DNA of 64,000 bases from Fimbriimonadales bacterium. GTDB lineage: Bacteria; Armatimonadota; Fimbriimonadia; Fimbriimonadales; GBS-DC. The position numbers and the translations under genes are program-made. Every line of letters begins with the position of its first letter. The first letter of the stretch is position 1. The notes under the pieces are model-generated. The model ran no database searches and had not been told where the DNA came from. It was given only the letters and a program-made list of their open reading frames with translations. The stretch covers positions 323,520 to 387,519 of the forward strand of contig AP024673.1 of NCBI GenBank assembly GCA_025998675.1. Direction: 5' to 3'. Of this stretch, positions 1-8,169 are shown piece by piece.

Positions 1-18
1 TGGCGCGTCTGCACGGGC

Positions 19-423
19 GTGCTGAACCTGCTGGACACCGACGAGGAAGCCGCGCGCGCCCTGCGGCTGGAACACATCACCGAGCAGCCTTTCTCGCCAA
101 TTTCGGACGAAGCCTTCCACCGCGCGCTTTCGTTGTTGCAAACGGCGGACGCCGTAATCCTCGCGGAGACGCCCTTCGGGCGGGGCAACCTGCGCAATCT
201 GGAGCTGGCGCGCGCGGCGCAGGCACAGGGCAAGCCCGTCGTTGCGCTCGCCAGCCGTCCAATCGAGTCGCGCGACTTCACCGACGGCGCGGCGACCGCT
301 CTCTGGCACACTTTGCTTCAGAACGGCATGACCCCAGCGCCCGACCTGCCGACGCTCCTCGCACGGCTCGCGACGCTCACTCCAGATGGGGCTGCGGCTT
401 CGTCCACAACCGCAACATCGTGA
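19..423 (+). CDS. Uncertain ORF, possibly the C-terminal part of a nucleoside 2-deoxyribosyltransferase-like protein. The frame is open back to window position 1.
   Basis: No stop between nt 1 and 19 in this frame, and the first codon is GTG. The block 'ADAVILAETPFGRGNLRNLELARAAQAQGKPVVAL' resembles the ...E.G.A.A.GKPV... core of deoxyribosyltransferase-like proteins (weak match). The 3' end overlaps the convergent nhaA by 47 nt. Confidence 0.35.
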   Translation: MLNLLDTDEEAARALRLEHITEQPFSPISDEAFHRALSLLQTADAVILAETPFGRGNLRNLELARAAQAQGKPVVALASRPIESRDFTDGAATALWHTLLQNGMTPAPDLPTLLARLATLTPDGAAASSTTATS

Positions 424-1732
424 AGCCAATCACGCCCGCCAGCGCAGAGCCTGCCAGAATGCCCAGCTTCGCATAATTCAGCAGGTCGCCTGTGAACGCC
501 AGCCCGCCGATAAACAGCGCCATCGTGAAGCCAATCCCTGCCAGAAAACCGACGCCCACAATATGCACAAAGGTAATCCCTTGCGGCAATTGCGCCAGCC
601 CCAGCCGTACCGCCAGCCATGAGAAAAGCCCTATCCCCAGCGGCTTGCCAATCAGCAGTCCCAGCGCAATCCCCCAGATGACGCGGCTCGTCCAGTTGAC
701 GCCGTTCTCGCCGCCCAGCGTCACGCCCGCGTTCGCCAGCGCGAAAATCGGCATCACGGCGAACGCCACAAAGTAGTGCAGCTGATGCTCCAGCCGCTGC
801 AGGGGGGACTGCACGCGCAACGCCTCGCGCTCGATGGCTTCCACCGCCGACTGCTGTTCGGGGGAGAGGATAATCGTGCGCTCGGCGGTTGGCTGGTCGA
901 ACTGATTCAGGTATTCGCGCACGCGGGCAAGGAACAGCTCCGGGTCGATTCGCGAGCGCACAGGGATCGCGAATGCGCCCAGCACGCCCGCCACCGTCGC
1001 ATGCACGCCTGACTTGAGCATGAAAAACCACATCCCCAGGCTCACGATGAAGTAAATCAACGCATTGCGCACGCCCAGCCGATTCATCAGAATCATCCCG
1101 CCCCAGAAGAGGAACGAATAGAGCAGGGCGTCCGTCTTGAGGTTCTCGGTGTAAAACAACGCAATCACCAGCACCGCGCCGAGGTCGTCCACAATCGCCA
1201 GTGCAGTGAGGAACACCTTGAGCGCGAGCGGCGCACGTGTGCCCAGCAGCGCGAGCGCGCCCAGCGCGAAGGCAATATCCGTCGCCATCGGCACGCCCCA
1301 GCCCCGAATTTCGGGCGTGCCCCAGTTAAACGCGGTATAAATCAGCGCAGGCACGACCATCCCACCCAGCGCCGCCGCCATCGACAGCGCGGCTTTGCGC
1401 GGCGAGCGCAATTCGCCCACCAGCAACTCGCGCTTAATCTCCATCCCCACCAGAAAGAAAAACACCGCCATCAAGCCGTCGTTAATCCAGAGCAGCAGCG
1501 GCTTGTTGATGTCGATCAGATTGCCGAAGCGCACCTCGACCGGAGTAGACCACAGTCGGAAGTAATACTCGCCCAGCGGCGAGTTCGCCCATAGCAGGGC
1601 AACAATCGCGCACGCCAGCAGCACCATCCCGCCCGCGCTGGACTGCTTGGCGAATCGCGCAAACGGCTTCAGAAGCCGCTCGATGGGCAGCGGCTCCAGC
1701 GGCTGAACCTTTTTGGGCTTGAGCTGCGCCAT
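377..1732 (-). CDS. nhaA: Na+/H+ antiporter NhaA
   Basis: 451 aa with ATG at 1730-1732. Polytopic membrane protein with 'SAGGMVLLACAIVALLWANSP' and 'WINDGLMAVFFFLVGMEIKRE' blocks typical of NhaA. Confidence 0.9.
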   Translation of the reverse strand: MAQLKPKKVQPLEPLPIERLLKPFARFAKQSSAGGMVLLACAIVALLWANSPLGEYYFRLWSTPVEVRFGNLIDINKPLLLWINDGLMAVFFFLVGMEIKRELLVGELRSPRKAALSMAAALGGMVVPALIYTAFNWGTPEIRGWGVPMATDIAFALGALALLGTRAPLALKVFLTALAIVDDLGAVLVIALFYTENLKTDALLYSFLFWGGMILMNRLGVRNALIYFIVSLGMWFFMLKSGVHATVAGVLGAFAIPVRSRIDPELFLARVREYLNQFDQPTAERTIILSPEQQSAVEAIEREALRVQSPLQRLEHQLHYFVAFAVMPIFALANAGVTLGGENGVNWTSRVIWGIALGLLIGKPLGIGLFSWLAVRLGLAQLPQGITFVHIVGVGFLAGIGFTMALFIGGLAFTGDLLNYAKLGILAGSALAGVIGFTMLRLWTKPQPHLE

Positions 1733-1735
1733 CGT

Positions 1736-2497
1736 TTACATCCCCAGAATGTGATAGCCCGCGTCGATGTAAATCACTTCGCCCGTAATGCCGCGCCCCA
1801 TCTCGCTGAACAGGAACACGGCGGCGTCGCCCACTTCATTGGGGTCGGTGTCCCGTTTGAACGGCGCGTGATGGCGCACATACTCCATCATTGAGGTGAA
1901 CCCGCGGATACCCCGCGCCGCCAGCGTGCTGACCGGTCCGGGCGAGAGCGCGTTCACGCGAATCTGTCGCTCGCCCAGCTCGTAGGCGAGGTAGCGCACG
2001 CTGGCTTCCAGCGCGGCTTTCGCCACGCCCATCACATTGTAGCCCGGCACCACGCGCTCGCTGCCCAGATAGGTGAGCGTGAGCAGGGACGCCCCGTCGC
2101 GCAGAATCGGCTCTAAATGGCGCGCCGCCGCCACGAAGGTGTAGACGCTGGTCTCCATCGCGACCTTGAACCCCTCGCGCGAAGTGTCCAGGTAGCGCCC
2201 CATCAGCTCCTCGCGCAGCGCATACGCCACGCAGTGCGCCATGAAGTCCACCTGACCCCACCGCTCGCGCAAAGTCGCGACCACCTGCTGGATTTCGGCG
2301 TCGTTGTTCAGGTCGCACTGGAGCGTGAAGGCGTCAGGCAACTCCTGCGCCAGTGCGGAAACCTTCTCTTCGAATCGGTCGTTCTGGTAGGCAATCGCCA
2401 GTTGCGCCCCGTGCGCGGCGCACCGCTGCGCAATCTTCCATGCCAGACTGTGCTGATTCGCAACCCCGAAAATGACGCCCTTCTTCCCTGTCAGCAT
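1736..2497 (-). CDS. fabI: Enoyl-[acyl-carrier-protein] reductase (NADH) FabI
   Basis: 253 aa. N-terminal 'GKKGVIFGVANQHSLAW' and a Y-x6-K block 'PGYNVMGVAKAALE'. AGGAGG RBS upstream of the ATG at 2495-2497. Confidence 0.9.
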   Translation of the reverse strand: MLTGKKGVIFGVANQHSLAWKIAQRCAAHGAQLAIAYQNDRFEEKVSALAQELPDAFTLQCDLNNDAEIQQVVATLRERWGQVDFMAHCVAYALREELMGRYLDTSREGFKVAMETSVYTFVAAARHLEPILRDGASLLTLTYLGSERVVPGYNVMGVAKAALEASVRYLAYELGERQIRVNALSPGPVSTLAARGIRGFTSMMEYVRHHAPFKRDTDPNEVGDAAVFLFSEMGRGITGEVIYIDAGYHILGM

Positions 2498-2604
2498 ACA
2501 AAAAACCTCCTGTCGCCTAAAGGATACCCGAACACTGGTCTCACGGGGGATAGTTCTGGAAAACTGGCTGGTGTTCTCTGTGAGTTTGCGTTATATTTGC
2601 AACA

Positions 2605-2685
2605 GGCGCGCGAAGCGCCGTTTGTATGGAGTGCGGAAGCGGAGCTTCCGCGCATGCTGAAGCTGACGCTTCAGCACTCCAAAAG
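2605..2685 (+). repeat. Extragenic palindromic element, family 1, full copy
   Basis: Sequence ggcgcgcgaagcgcc-gtttg-TATGGAGTG-CGGAAGCggaGCTTCCG-cgcat-GCTGAAGCtgacGCTTCAGC-ACTCCAAAAG. A small 5' hairpin precedes an outer stem (TGGAGTG/CACTCCA) that encloses two hairpins differing by one base in the stem. Lies between the stop of the restriction gene and the fabI promoter region. Confidence 0.85.
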
Positions 2686-2733
2686 AGGCTCCTGTCAGGT
2701 GGGAGAAAAGCAGGGATGGCTGATTTACCTGCG

Positions 2734-3459
2734 TTATGCGCCAGAATTGAAACGCACGATTTTCTCCCAGTCCAGCTCGCCCTCTGCGTTCGCAAATTCG
2801 TTTAACAGATCGCGTGTGAAGCGATTGACGGCTTTTGCCCACTCTTGCTGATACGCCTGCTTCTGTTGCTCTGGATAGTCTTGCATCAGGCGAACCAGCT
2901 CAAGATAGAACTCAGGATCGCCTGTTAGCTCTTCCCAGAACGCCTTTCCCGACACAATTCGGTACCGACGCCTGGTTGTCGGGGGGCTGACACGCTTCCC
3001 GTAAGCGCATCCAAGCACAGGGTCAAACTGCTTCCCCAGCTGGCTCAGATGTTGACGCAGACGGTTATACAACTCCTGAAATTCGTCATTCATACGCGCC
3101 GTCTGACTGGAGTTGAACACATTCGGACCAGACTTCACTGCGATTGCCTTATATTGTGTTCCCGCGTCAATCTCCAGATCGATGCCCTTTGCGCTTGATT
3201 TGTGTCCGCCGCTGATGGCGAGCGCAATCGGCTCTACGAAGGTTTCACCAAAGATTGTCTCATCGGAAGCCTGTGTATGCATTTGCAGCAGAAACTCTAC
3301 CAGCTCCGCGGCTGTTCGGAGACCGATCGCGCGTAGCAGATACGGATTCTTGCGTTTCAGCACCTGCTTGAGTTGAAGGTTCGACAGATTGCCAATACGC
3401 CGTTTATAAAAATCTTCCAGACACTTTTTCACGAGGTTCTGAAGCGCTTCAGGATTCAT
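2734..3459 (-). CDS. Putative type II restriction endonuclease (partner of the adjacent methyltransferase)
   Basis: The track ORF 2734..3789 overlaps the methyltransferase gene. The internal ATG at 3457-3459 ('MNPEALQNLVKK...') starts 11 nt before the methyltransferase stop, consistent with translational coupling. Contains 'KRKNPYLLRA' and a PD-(D/E)xK-like 'GIDLEID...AIAVKSGPN'. Lower GC than its flanks. The family (TdeIII/Eco47II-like?) is only a recollection and is not verified. Confidence 0.6.
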   Translation of the reverse strand: MNPEALQNLVKKCLEDFYKRRIGNLSNLQLKQVLKRKNPYLLRAIGLRTAAELVEFLLQMHTQASDETIFGETFVEPIALAISGGHKSSAKGIDLEIDAGTQYKAIAVKSGPNVFNSSQTARMNDEFQELYNRLRQHLSQLGKQFDPVLGCAYGKRVSPPTTRRRYRIVSGKAFWEELTGDPEFYLELVRLMQDYPEQQKQAYQQEWAKAVNRFTRDLLNEFANAEGELDWEKIVRFNSGA

Positions 3460-4339
3460 ACGAAACCCCATTCTCTGCGAAGGTGTACAGATTGGGTTCT
3501 GCGCGTTCGCGGGCAATCCGCTCTTCTGCAAGGCGGACATACTCTTCCATGAGTTCAATCCCGATATAGCGGCGGTCATGGCGGATGCAGGCGACCGCCG
3601 TCGTGCCCGAACCCATGAACGGATCCAGCACAATATCGCCCGGCTCTGTGAACAGCTTGATGAACCACGCAGGTAACTCCACAGGGAAGGTCGCCGCGTG
3701 ATAGCGATTGTAGCACTCGGTCGCCATGTGCAGCACATTCGTCGGGTAGGCGTGCTCGCGTCCGATCCAGTTCGCCACACGCTTGCCAAAGCCGCTACCC
3801 GCGCGCGAGTTGAACCTGTGTAAATCGTTCGCCCCCAGCTTTTTCAGCCGTTCGTGTCGCCACTCGCCCATGGGAACCATCACCGCTTCCTGAAACATTT
3901 TGAACTGTTTTTGCTTTGTGAAGTGAAGCAATCGTTCCCAGGCATCGCGGAAGCGGTTCGGCCATTTGCCCGGATAGCAGTTCTTTTTGTGCCAGATATA
4001 CTCTTCCGTCCACAGCCACCCCTGCTGACGCATCGCAAGGATAAGTTCCAGCACATAGGTATGCCGCTCGCCGTTGACCACGCGCTCTTTGATGTTCAGC
4101 ACGAATGAACCCGTCGGCTTGAGGACGCGCTGGAGCTCGGCGGCAATCGGCAGAAACCACGCCACATACTCGTCGGGATGGACGCCGCCGTAGACATTTT
4201 TGCGCTGGTCGGCGTATGGGGGCGAGGTGATGATGAGGTCCACGCACGCATCGGGCAACTGCGCCAGCACGGTGCGGCAGTCGCCGTGCAGGATACGGTT
4301 CACAAACGGCTTCACTAGCGTCTCGTGTGCGTCGGGCAT
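3449..4339 (-). CDS. Beta-class N4-cytosine/N6-adenine DNA methyltransferase
   Basis: Motif IV 'LIITSPPYADQ' lies N-terminal to motif I 'VLDPFMGSGTTAVAC', which is the beta-class order. SPPY favours m4C. ATG at 4337-4339 was preferred over the track's TTG at 4369. Confidence 0.85.
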   Translation of the reverse strand: MPDAHETLVKPFVNRILHGDCRTVLAQLPDACVDLIITSPPYADQRKNVYGGVHPDEYVAWFLPIAAELQRVLKPTGSFVLNIKERVVNGERHTYVLELILAMRQQGWLWTEEYIWHKKNCYPGKWPNRFRDAWERLLHFTKQKQFKMFQEAVMVPMGEWRHERLKKLGANDLHRFNSRAGSGFGKRVANWIGREHAYPTNVLHMATECYNRYHAATFPVELPAWFIKLFTEPGDIVLDPFMGSGTTAVACIRHDRRYIGIELMEEYVRLAEERIARERAEPNLYTFAENGVSYES

Positions 4340-4348
4340 ACTACCCAG

Positions 4349-4354
4349 AGTATA
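4349..4354 (-). promoter_or_regulatory. -10 box GG-TATACT, 9 nt upstream of the methyltransferase ATG (leaderless candidate)
   Basis: The minus strand reads gcGGTATACTctgggtagtATG, with no Shine-Dalgarno in between. Confidence 0.35.
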
Positions 4355-4370
4355 CCGCAGGCGGCTCAAT

Positions 4371-4398
4371 CACAAAGGGGGCGGGCAAGCCGCCCCCT
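4371..4398 (-). terminator. Rho-independent terminator of the ceramidase-like gene
   Basis: 9-bp stem AGGGGGCGG/CCGCCCCCT with a 5-nt loop, followed on the minus strand by TTTGTGATT. Located 8 nt after the stop at 4406. Confidence 0.6.
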
Positions 4399-4405
4399 GC
4401 GATGC

Positions 4406-5995
4406 TCACTCAAACACAAACAGCAGATACTGTGCGATTCCGATATCGCCCTCGATCTGCAGTTCGCCCGTGTTGTAGGCGTCGAGCGGGTCGCGTTTGC
4501 CTGTGATAATCGCCACGAAGACCTGCGCGGGCGCTTTGACGGTCACGGACGCCTCGGAGGGGGTTCCCTCGCGGCTCAGCGTCGCCTTACCCTCGGCGAT
4601 GCGCAGGTAGAACTCGCCCGCGCCCTCCAGCACGAGGCGGTAGGTCGCCTTGAAGTTGCCCGCGCGGTCGGGACGGAACCGCTGCAGGTACTTCTCCAGC
4701 TCCTGCTCCACGGGCGACTTTTCGCCCGATACGGCGGCGACAGCGGTCGGCTGACGGGCGGTCATCTGCCCCATCATCTGGCGCGCCGCCTGCACCATCG
4801 CGGGACCAATCTCCGAACCGACCGACATGCTCCGCTCGTAATTGTAAAGCGGCAGGTAGTAGTCCTCCAGGCTCAGGATGTAGCCCAGCTCGTCGTTCGC
4901 CAGCCCGAACAGGAACACGGGGTCGCCGTAGGGGGCAAGCAGTCGCTTGAGCAGGATGCCTATATTCGGCTGTACCTCGCCGGGCATGGTGAACATCACG
5001 GCGTCGCCCAGCCGAATCAGGTGCGACTCGGTCGTGACCTTGCCCGCGTTCAACGATGCGCCCGACGGAATGACGCCCGCCGCCATCGCCAGCTTGAAGT
5101 TCTCGTTCTCCAGCGGCACGGTGTAGGTCGCCTCGCGGTGTTCCAGCGACACGGCGTCTGTGAAGTTCGCCTTCGCGATGGCTTCTAAGGCGCGATTGGC
5201 GATGGTCGCGCCGTATCGTTCCGCGCGCGCCCAGTCGCGTCCTTTCGGCGCGGTTCCGTCGCCTGCCGCAGGCGAAATCATCCCGCCCAGCGCGCCGTTC
5301 GCAAAAATCGCCACCCCACCCACCGCGCGCTCGACGGTCTGATAGTACCAGTGGCACATATCCGAAGTCAACTGGTCGTTGTTCAGCACTTCAGGATGGC
5401 ACGCGAAGTTGGTCAGCGTCGCGATGGTCTTGCCGTCCGCCTTGCTGCGGAACTGCATCACCGCCGCTTCGGTGTCCAGAATCTTCTCGATGCGGTAGTT
5501 GTACGAAACGCCTTCGACGGTCGTCTTCGCAAAGCCGACGGTCGCGGGCTGGAGCTTGCTCGCCGCCTCGTCGACGGTCTTCGCGACGGTCTCGATGACG
5601 AAGTTCACATACTCGTTATCGCGTCCCGACTGGGCGGGCGTCGGTCCCCACAGTCCAATCGTGTCAGGCGCGGAATGCACATGCGTACACAGCACCATCA
5701 CGCGGTTGGGGGGTACTGATTTGACCTGCTGGCGGATTCGCTGCACATCGTCGCGCAGCAGTCCCAGCAAATCGCACACCACAATCGCCAGCCGCTCGTT
5801 GCCGACCTGCACGACCACCGCGCGCGCCCAGATGTCGTCATGCACGCCGCCTGTGTTCGGGCGGTTCGAAGCGTAGCCCGCCAGAAAGACCTGTTTCGTC
5901 GGGGTGATTTTGTTCGCGGCGGCGCCTGCCTGTAGCCCCTGCGCCCAACCTGCGAGAAACAGCGCGAAACTCAGCGTCGTTGCCAATAGCCTCAT
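4406..5995 (-). CDS. Secreted neutral/alkaline ceramidase-like hydrolase with a C-terminal SCP2-like lipid-binding domain
   Basis: 529 aa with a signal peptide 'MRLLATTLSFALFLAGWAQG'. Blocks 'AGYASNRPNTGGVHDDIWARAVVV' and 'LCTHVHSAPD' resemble the ceramidase N-terminal domain. The last ~100 aa ('FKATYRLVLEGAGEFYLRIAEGKATL...AYNTGELQIEGDIGIAQ') are SCP2-like. GGAGGTG RBS. Confidence 0.65.
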   Translation of the reverse strand: MRLLATTLSFALFLAGWAQGLQAGAAANKITPTKQVFLAGYASNRPNTGGVHDDIWARAVVVQVGNERLAIVVCDLLGLLRDDVQRIRQQVKSVPPNRVMVLCTHVHSAPDTIGLWGPTPAQSGRDNEYVNFVIETVAKTVDEAASKLQPATVGFAKTTVEGVSYNYRIEKILDTEAAVMQFRSKADGKTIATLTNFACHPEVLNNDQLTSDMCHWYYQTVERAVGGVAIFANGALGGMISPAAGDGTAPKGRDWARAERYGATIANRALEAIAKANFTDAVSLEHREATYTVPLENENFKLAMAAGVIPSGASLNAGKVTTESHLIRLGDAVMFTMPGEVQPNIGILLKRLLAPYGDPVFLFGLANDELGYILSLEDYYLPLYNYERSMSVGSEIGPAMVQAARQMMGQMTARQPTAVAAVSGEKSPVEQELEKYLQRFRPDRAGNFKATYRLVLEGAGEFYLRIAEGKATLSREGTPSEASVTVKAPAQVFVAIITGKRDPLDAYNTGELQIEGDIGIAQYLLFVFE

Positions 5996-6062
5996 GAAAG
6001 TTCACCTCCAGTACCGAACGGTTGTTCGATACTGGAGGCGCGTTTCCTGCCGTGCCTGTGCG

Positions 6063-6968
6063 TTATCGGCTCACGACGCGCCAGAAGTCGCCGTGTCGCT
6101 TGACCGTGTAGTTCGAGCCGACAAGCAGTTTTTGTAAAGCCTCTTCGATAGGCGCATCCTGCACATCCAGCACGACCAGCGGCTCGTCGCCGTTGGGAAC
6201 CCACTCGATGGGCGTCTGGTAGGCGCTGGCAATCTGGCGCAGGGCGTCGCTCAGCTTCGCCTGCAGGCGCAGGGACGCCAGTTTCGCCTGCGGATAGCCT
6301 GCGGGCACATACAGCACGCGCGACTGTCGCTCCAGCGTCCAGCGCAGGGTCAGCACGCGCTCGCCCGAAGTGTGCAGCAGGGTCTGCAGCGGGATTTCGA
6401 CGGTCTTGCCGGGCTGCAGGCGTCCGCTCCAGACAAGAATTGGCTCCGTTCGCTCTTTGCTGTCGGGCGTGTAGCGCAGTTCGGCGTCTGCTTCGCGGTT
6501 CATGCGCGCCTCGAGCACGGGCGCGCGCGCGCCGTCCGTCGTTGCGCGATACTCCAGAAACACGCCTGCCTGCACAGGTTGGGGCGTTTCGATGGCGGGC
6601 TTGCTTTTGGCGTTGAAGCCGAAGGCTGCTTGCACGCCGTCCGATTGCGCCGCGAAAAAGCCCATCACAAACAGCCCCGCAGCGACCGCCGCCGCGCCCG
6701 CCCAGCGCCAGAAGGCGAATCGCTGCTGCGCCTCGCGCGCGCGTGTGTTCGCACGCACATGGGTCATAATCCGCGCGTGCAGGTCGGCGGGCGGCGCGAC
6801 TTCGGGCAGCGCGCTCAGCCCACGCCAGAGGGCGTGCGTAAACTGTGCCTCGCGCTGGCACGCCGCGCACCCGCGCAGGTGCGCCTGCACGCGCTCGCGC
6901 ATCGCTTCGCTCAATGTCCCCTCACAATATTCATTCAGCAGGCTCTTCACCTGTTCACAGTGCATCAT
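6063..6968 (-). CDS. Anti-sigma factor (zf-HC2, single-pass membrane protein)
   Basis: Start MM at 6963-6968 is preceded by AGGAGG. Contains 'CEQVKSLLNEYCEG...HLRGCAACQRE' (H-x3-C-x2-C) and the TM segment 'WAGAAAVAAGLFVMGFFAA'. Overlaps the sigma gene stop by 14 nt. Confidence 0.75.
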   Translation of the reverse strand: MMHCEQVKSLLNEYCEGTLSEAMRERVQAHLRGCAACQREAQFTHALWRGLSALPEVAPPADLHARIMTHVRANTRAREAQQRFAFWRWAGAAAVAAGLFVMGFFAAQSDGVQAAFGFNAKSKPAIETPQPVQAGVFLEYRATTDGARAPVLEARMNREADAELRYTPDSKERTEPILVWSGRLQPGKTVEIPLQTLLHTSGERVLTLRWTLERQSRVLYVPAGYPQAKLASLRLQAKLSDALRQIASAYQTPIEWVPNGDEPLVVLDVQDAPIEEALQKLLVGSNYTVKRHGDFWRVVSR

Positions 6969-7599
6969 GCGCCTCCTGTGGCATTCCGACTGTAGGACTC
7001 GCCTCCACGCCAAAAAGTTCCCGATATGGCTCCAGCAGCTGGCGCAGGGCGTTTCGGGCGCGGTTCAGACGCGACTTAATCGTGCCCAGCGGCAGTCCCA
7101 TAATCTGCGCAATCTCTTCGTAGGGGCGTTCCTCGATATGGAACAGCACCACCATCACGCGCTGGTATTCGGGCAGTTGCTGAATCGCCGCCATCAGCAC
7201 GCGCTTCTGCTCCTCCTGCAGGGCGTGCCCCATGATGTCCACGCTTTCGTCCTCGATGGGCAGTTCGTAGGGTTCGTCGCCGTCTTCAGAGGGCACATCC
7301 AGCGGCAGGTGCTGATGGCGCGCCTCGCGCTTGCGAAAATCGAAAAACACATTGCTCACCACGCGGTAGAGCCATGTCGACAGCTGCGCGTCGCCGCGAA
7401 AGCGTTTGAGCGAGTTATACATCCGCAGGAAGGTCTCGGCGGCGACATCGGCGGCGTCGTCGGGATTGTTGGTCAGGCGATACGCCAGCTGATAGACCTT
7501 CTGCTCGTAGCGGCGCACCAGCAGGTCGAACGCGAACTCGTCGCCTTCCTTGAACCGCTCGATAAGCGCCTCGTCGCTGCTATAGTCGTAGATGCTCAT
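6955..7599 (-). CDS. ECF-type RNA polymerase sigma-70 family factor
   Basis: 214 aa. Region 2 is 'FDLLVRRYEQKVYQLAYRLTNNPDDAADVAAETFLRMY'. Region 4 HTH is 'RPYEEIAQIMGLPLGTIKSRLNRARNALR'. Confidence 0.85.
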   Translation of the reverse strand: MSIYDYSSDEALIERFKEGDEFAFDLLVRRYEQKVYQLAYRLTNNPDDAADVAAETFLRMYNSLKRFRGDAQLSTWLYRVVSNVFFDFRKREARHQHLPLDVPSEDGDEPYELPIEDESVDIMGHALQEEQKRVLMAAIQQLPEYQRVMVVLFHIEERPYEEIAQIMGLPLGTIKSRLNRARNALRQLLEPYRELFGVEASPTVGMPQEAHDAL

Positions 7600-7623
7600 G
7601 CCCTCCGCCTGTTGACGCCCGCG

Positions 7624-8124
7624 CTATTTGAATTGACTCGCCTCGCGCAGCGCGTGTTGCTCCTCCTCGGACAGCCCGATACTGGACGCCCGATTCTGAA
7701 TGGGTTTGGCGTACACGCGCATCTCGTGGCGGCTGTGGATGCCGCTCAGCACGACGCCGTCGCCCTGCTCATTCAGCACCGCCAGCGCGAAGCTCTGCTG
7801 CCCGCCCATGTCGGGGAAGGCGTCGTAGCGCACCAGCCCGACCCGTTGCAAGCAGGTATTGGTTTGACTCTGCAACTGCTGGAGATGGTTCCCGTGCGCT
7901 TTGAGCGTCTCTTCCATCACGGAGACGCGGCGCAGGGTCTCGTAGAGGGTGTGTTCCAGCGAGCCGCCTTCCGAGTGCTGCATCAATTGCTTCCAGCGGC
8001 GCATAAACGCGCCCCAGCGCCACGCCTGCGCCAGATTCCAGAGCAGCAGCACGGCGACTGCGATGGTTAAACCAACGACCGCCTGCGGCTGCTGCGCCCA
8101 CTCCATCAGTGTGTGTCCGTTCAT
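7624..8124 (-). CDS. DUF4446-like membrane-anchored protein
   Basis: N-terminal TM 'VVGLTIAVAVLLLWNLA' plus 'VGLVRYDAFPDMGGQQSFALAVLNEQGDGVVLSGIHSR'. The start is uncertain (ATG 8124 or 8106). The track start at 8280 would overlap scpA. Confidence 0.6.
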   Translation of the reverse strand: MNGHTLMEWAQQPQAVVGLTIAVAVLLLWNLAQAWRWGAFMRRWKQLMQHSEGGSLEHTLYETLRRVSVMEETLKAHGNHLQQLQSQTNTCLQRVGLVRYDAFPDMGGQQSFALAVLNEQGDGVVLSGIHSRHEMRVYAKPIQNRASSIGLSEEEQHALREASQFK

Positions 8125-8136
8125 ACCGTGCGGGGA

Positions 8137-8142
8137 ATTGTA
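8137..8142 (-). promoter_or_regulatory. -10 box GG-TACAAT for the DUF4446 gene
   Basis: The minus strand reads caGGTACAATtccccgcacggtATG (12-nt gap). It sits back-to-back with the scpA -10 box. Confidence 0.3.
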
Positions 8143-8154
8143 CCTGCCCAGAGG

Positions 8155-8160
8155 TATAAT
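8155..8160 (+). promoter_or_regulatory. -10 box GG-TATAAT, 9 nt upstream of the scpA ATG (leaderless candidate)
   Basis: gaGGTATAATcgcgggggaATG. Confidence 0.35.
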
Positions 8161-8169
8161 CGCGGGGGA

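Noticed and set aside
3460-3789. N-terminal 110 codons of track ORF 2734..3789
   Set aside because: This stretch overlaps the 3' part of the methyltransferase gene in another frame. The Arg/Ser/Cys-rich translation is implausible. The endonuclease-like sequence starts at the ATG at 3459.
6502-8070. 522-aa plus-strand ORF, and similar long shadow ORFs (25276-26568-, 33254-34579-, 34589-35899-, 37921-38916+, 45941-47548-, 61748-63268+, 15148-15879+)
   Set aside because: Each lies opposite a confidently recognised gene (sigma/anti-sigma, MFS, amidohydrolase, nnr, metallopeptidase, polA, decarboxylase). All show the same Arg/Ala-rich antisense signature and have no RBS or promoter.
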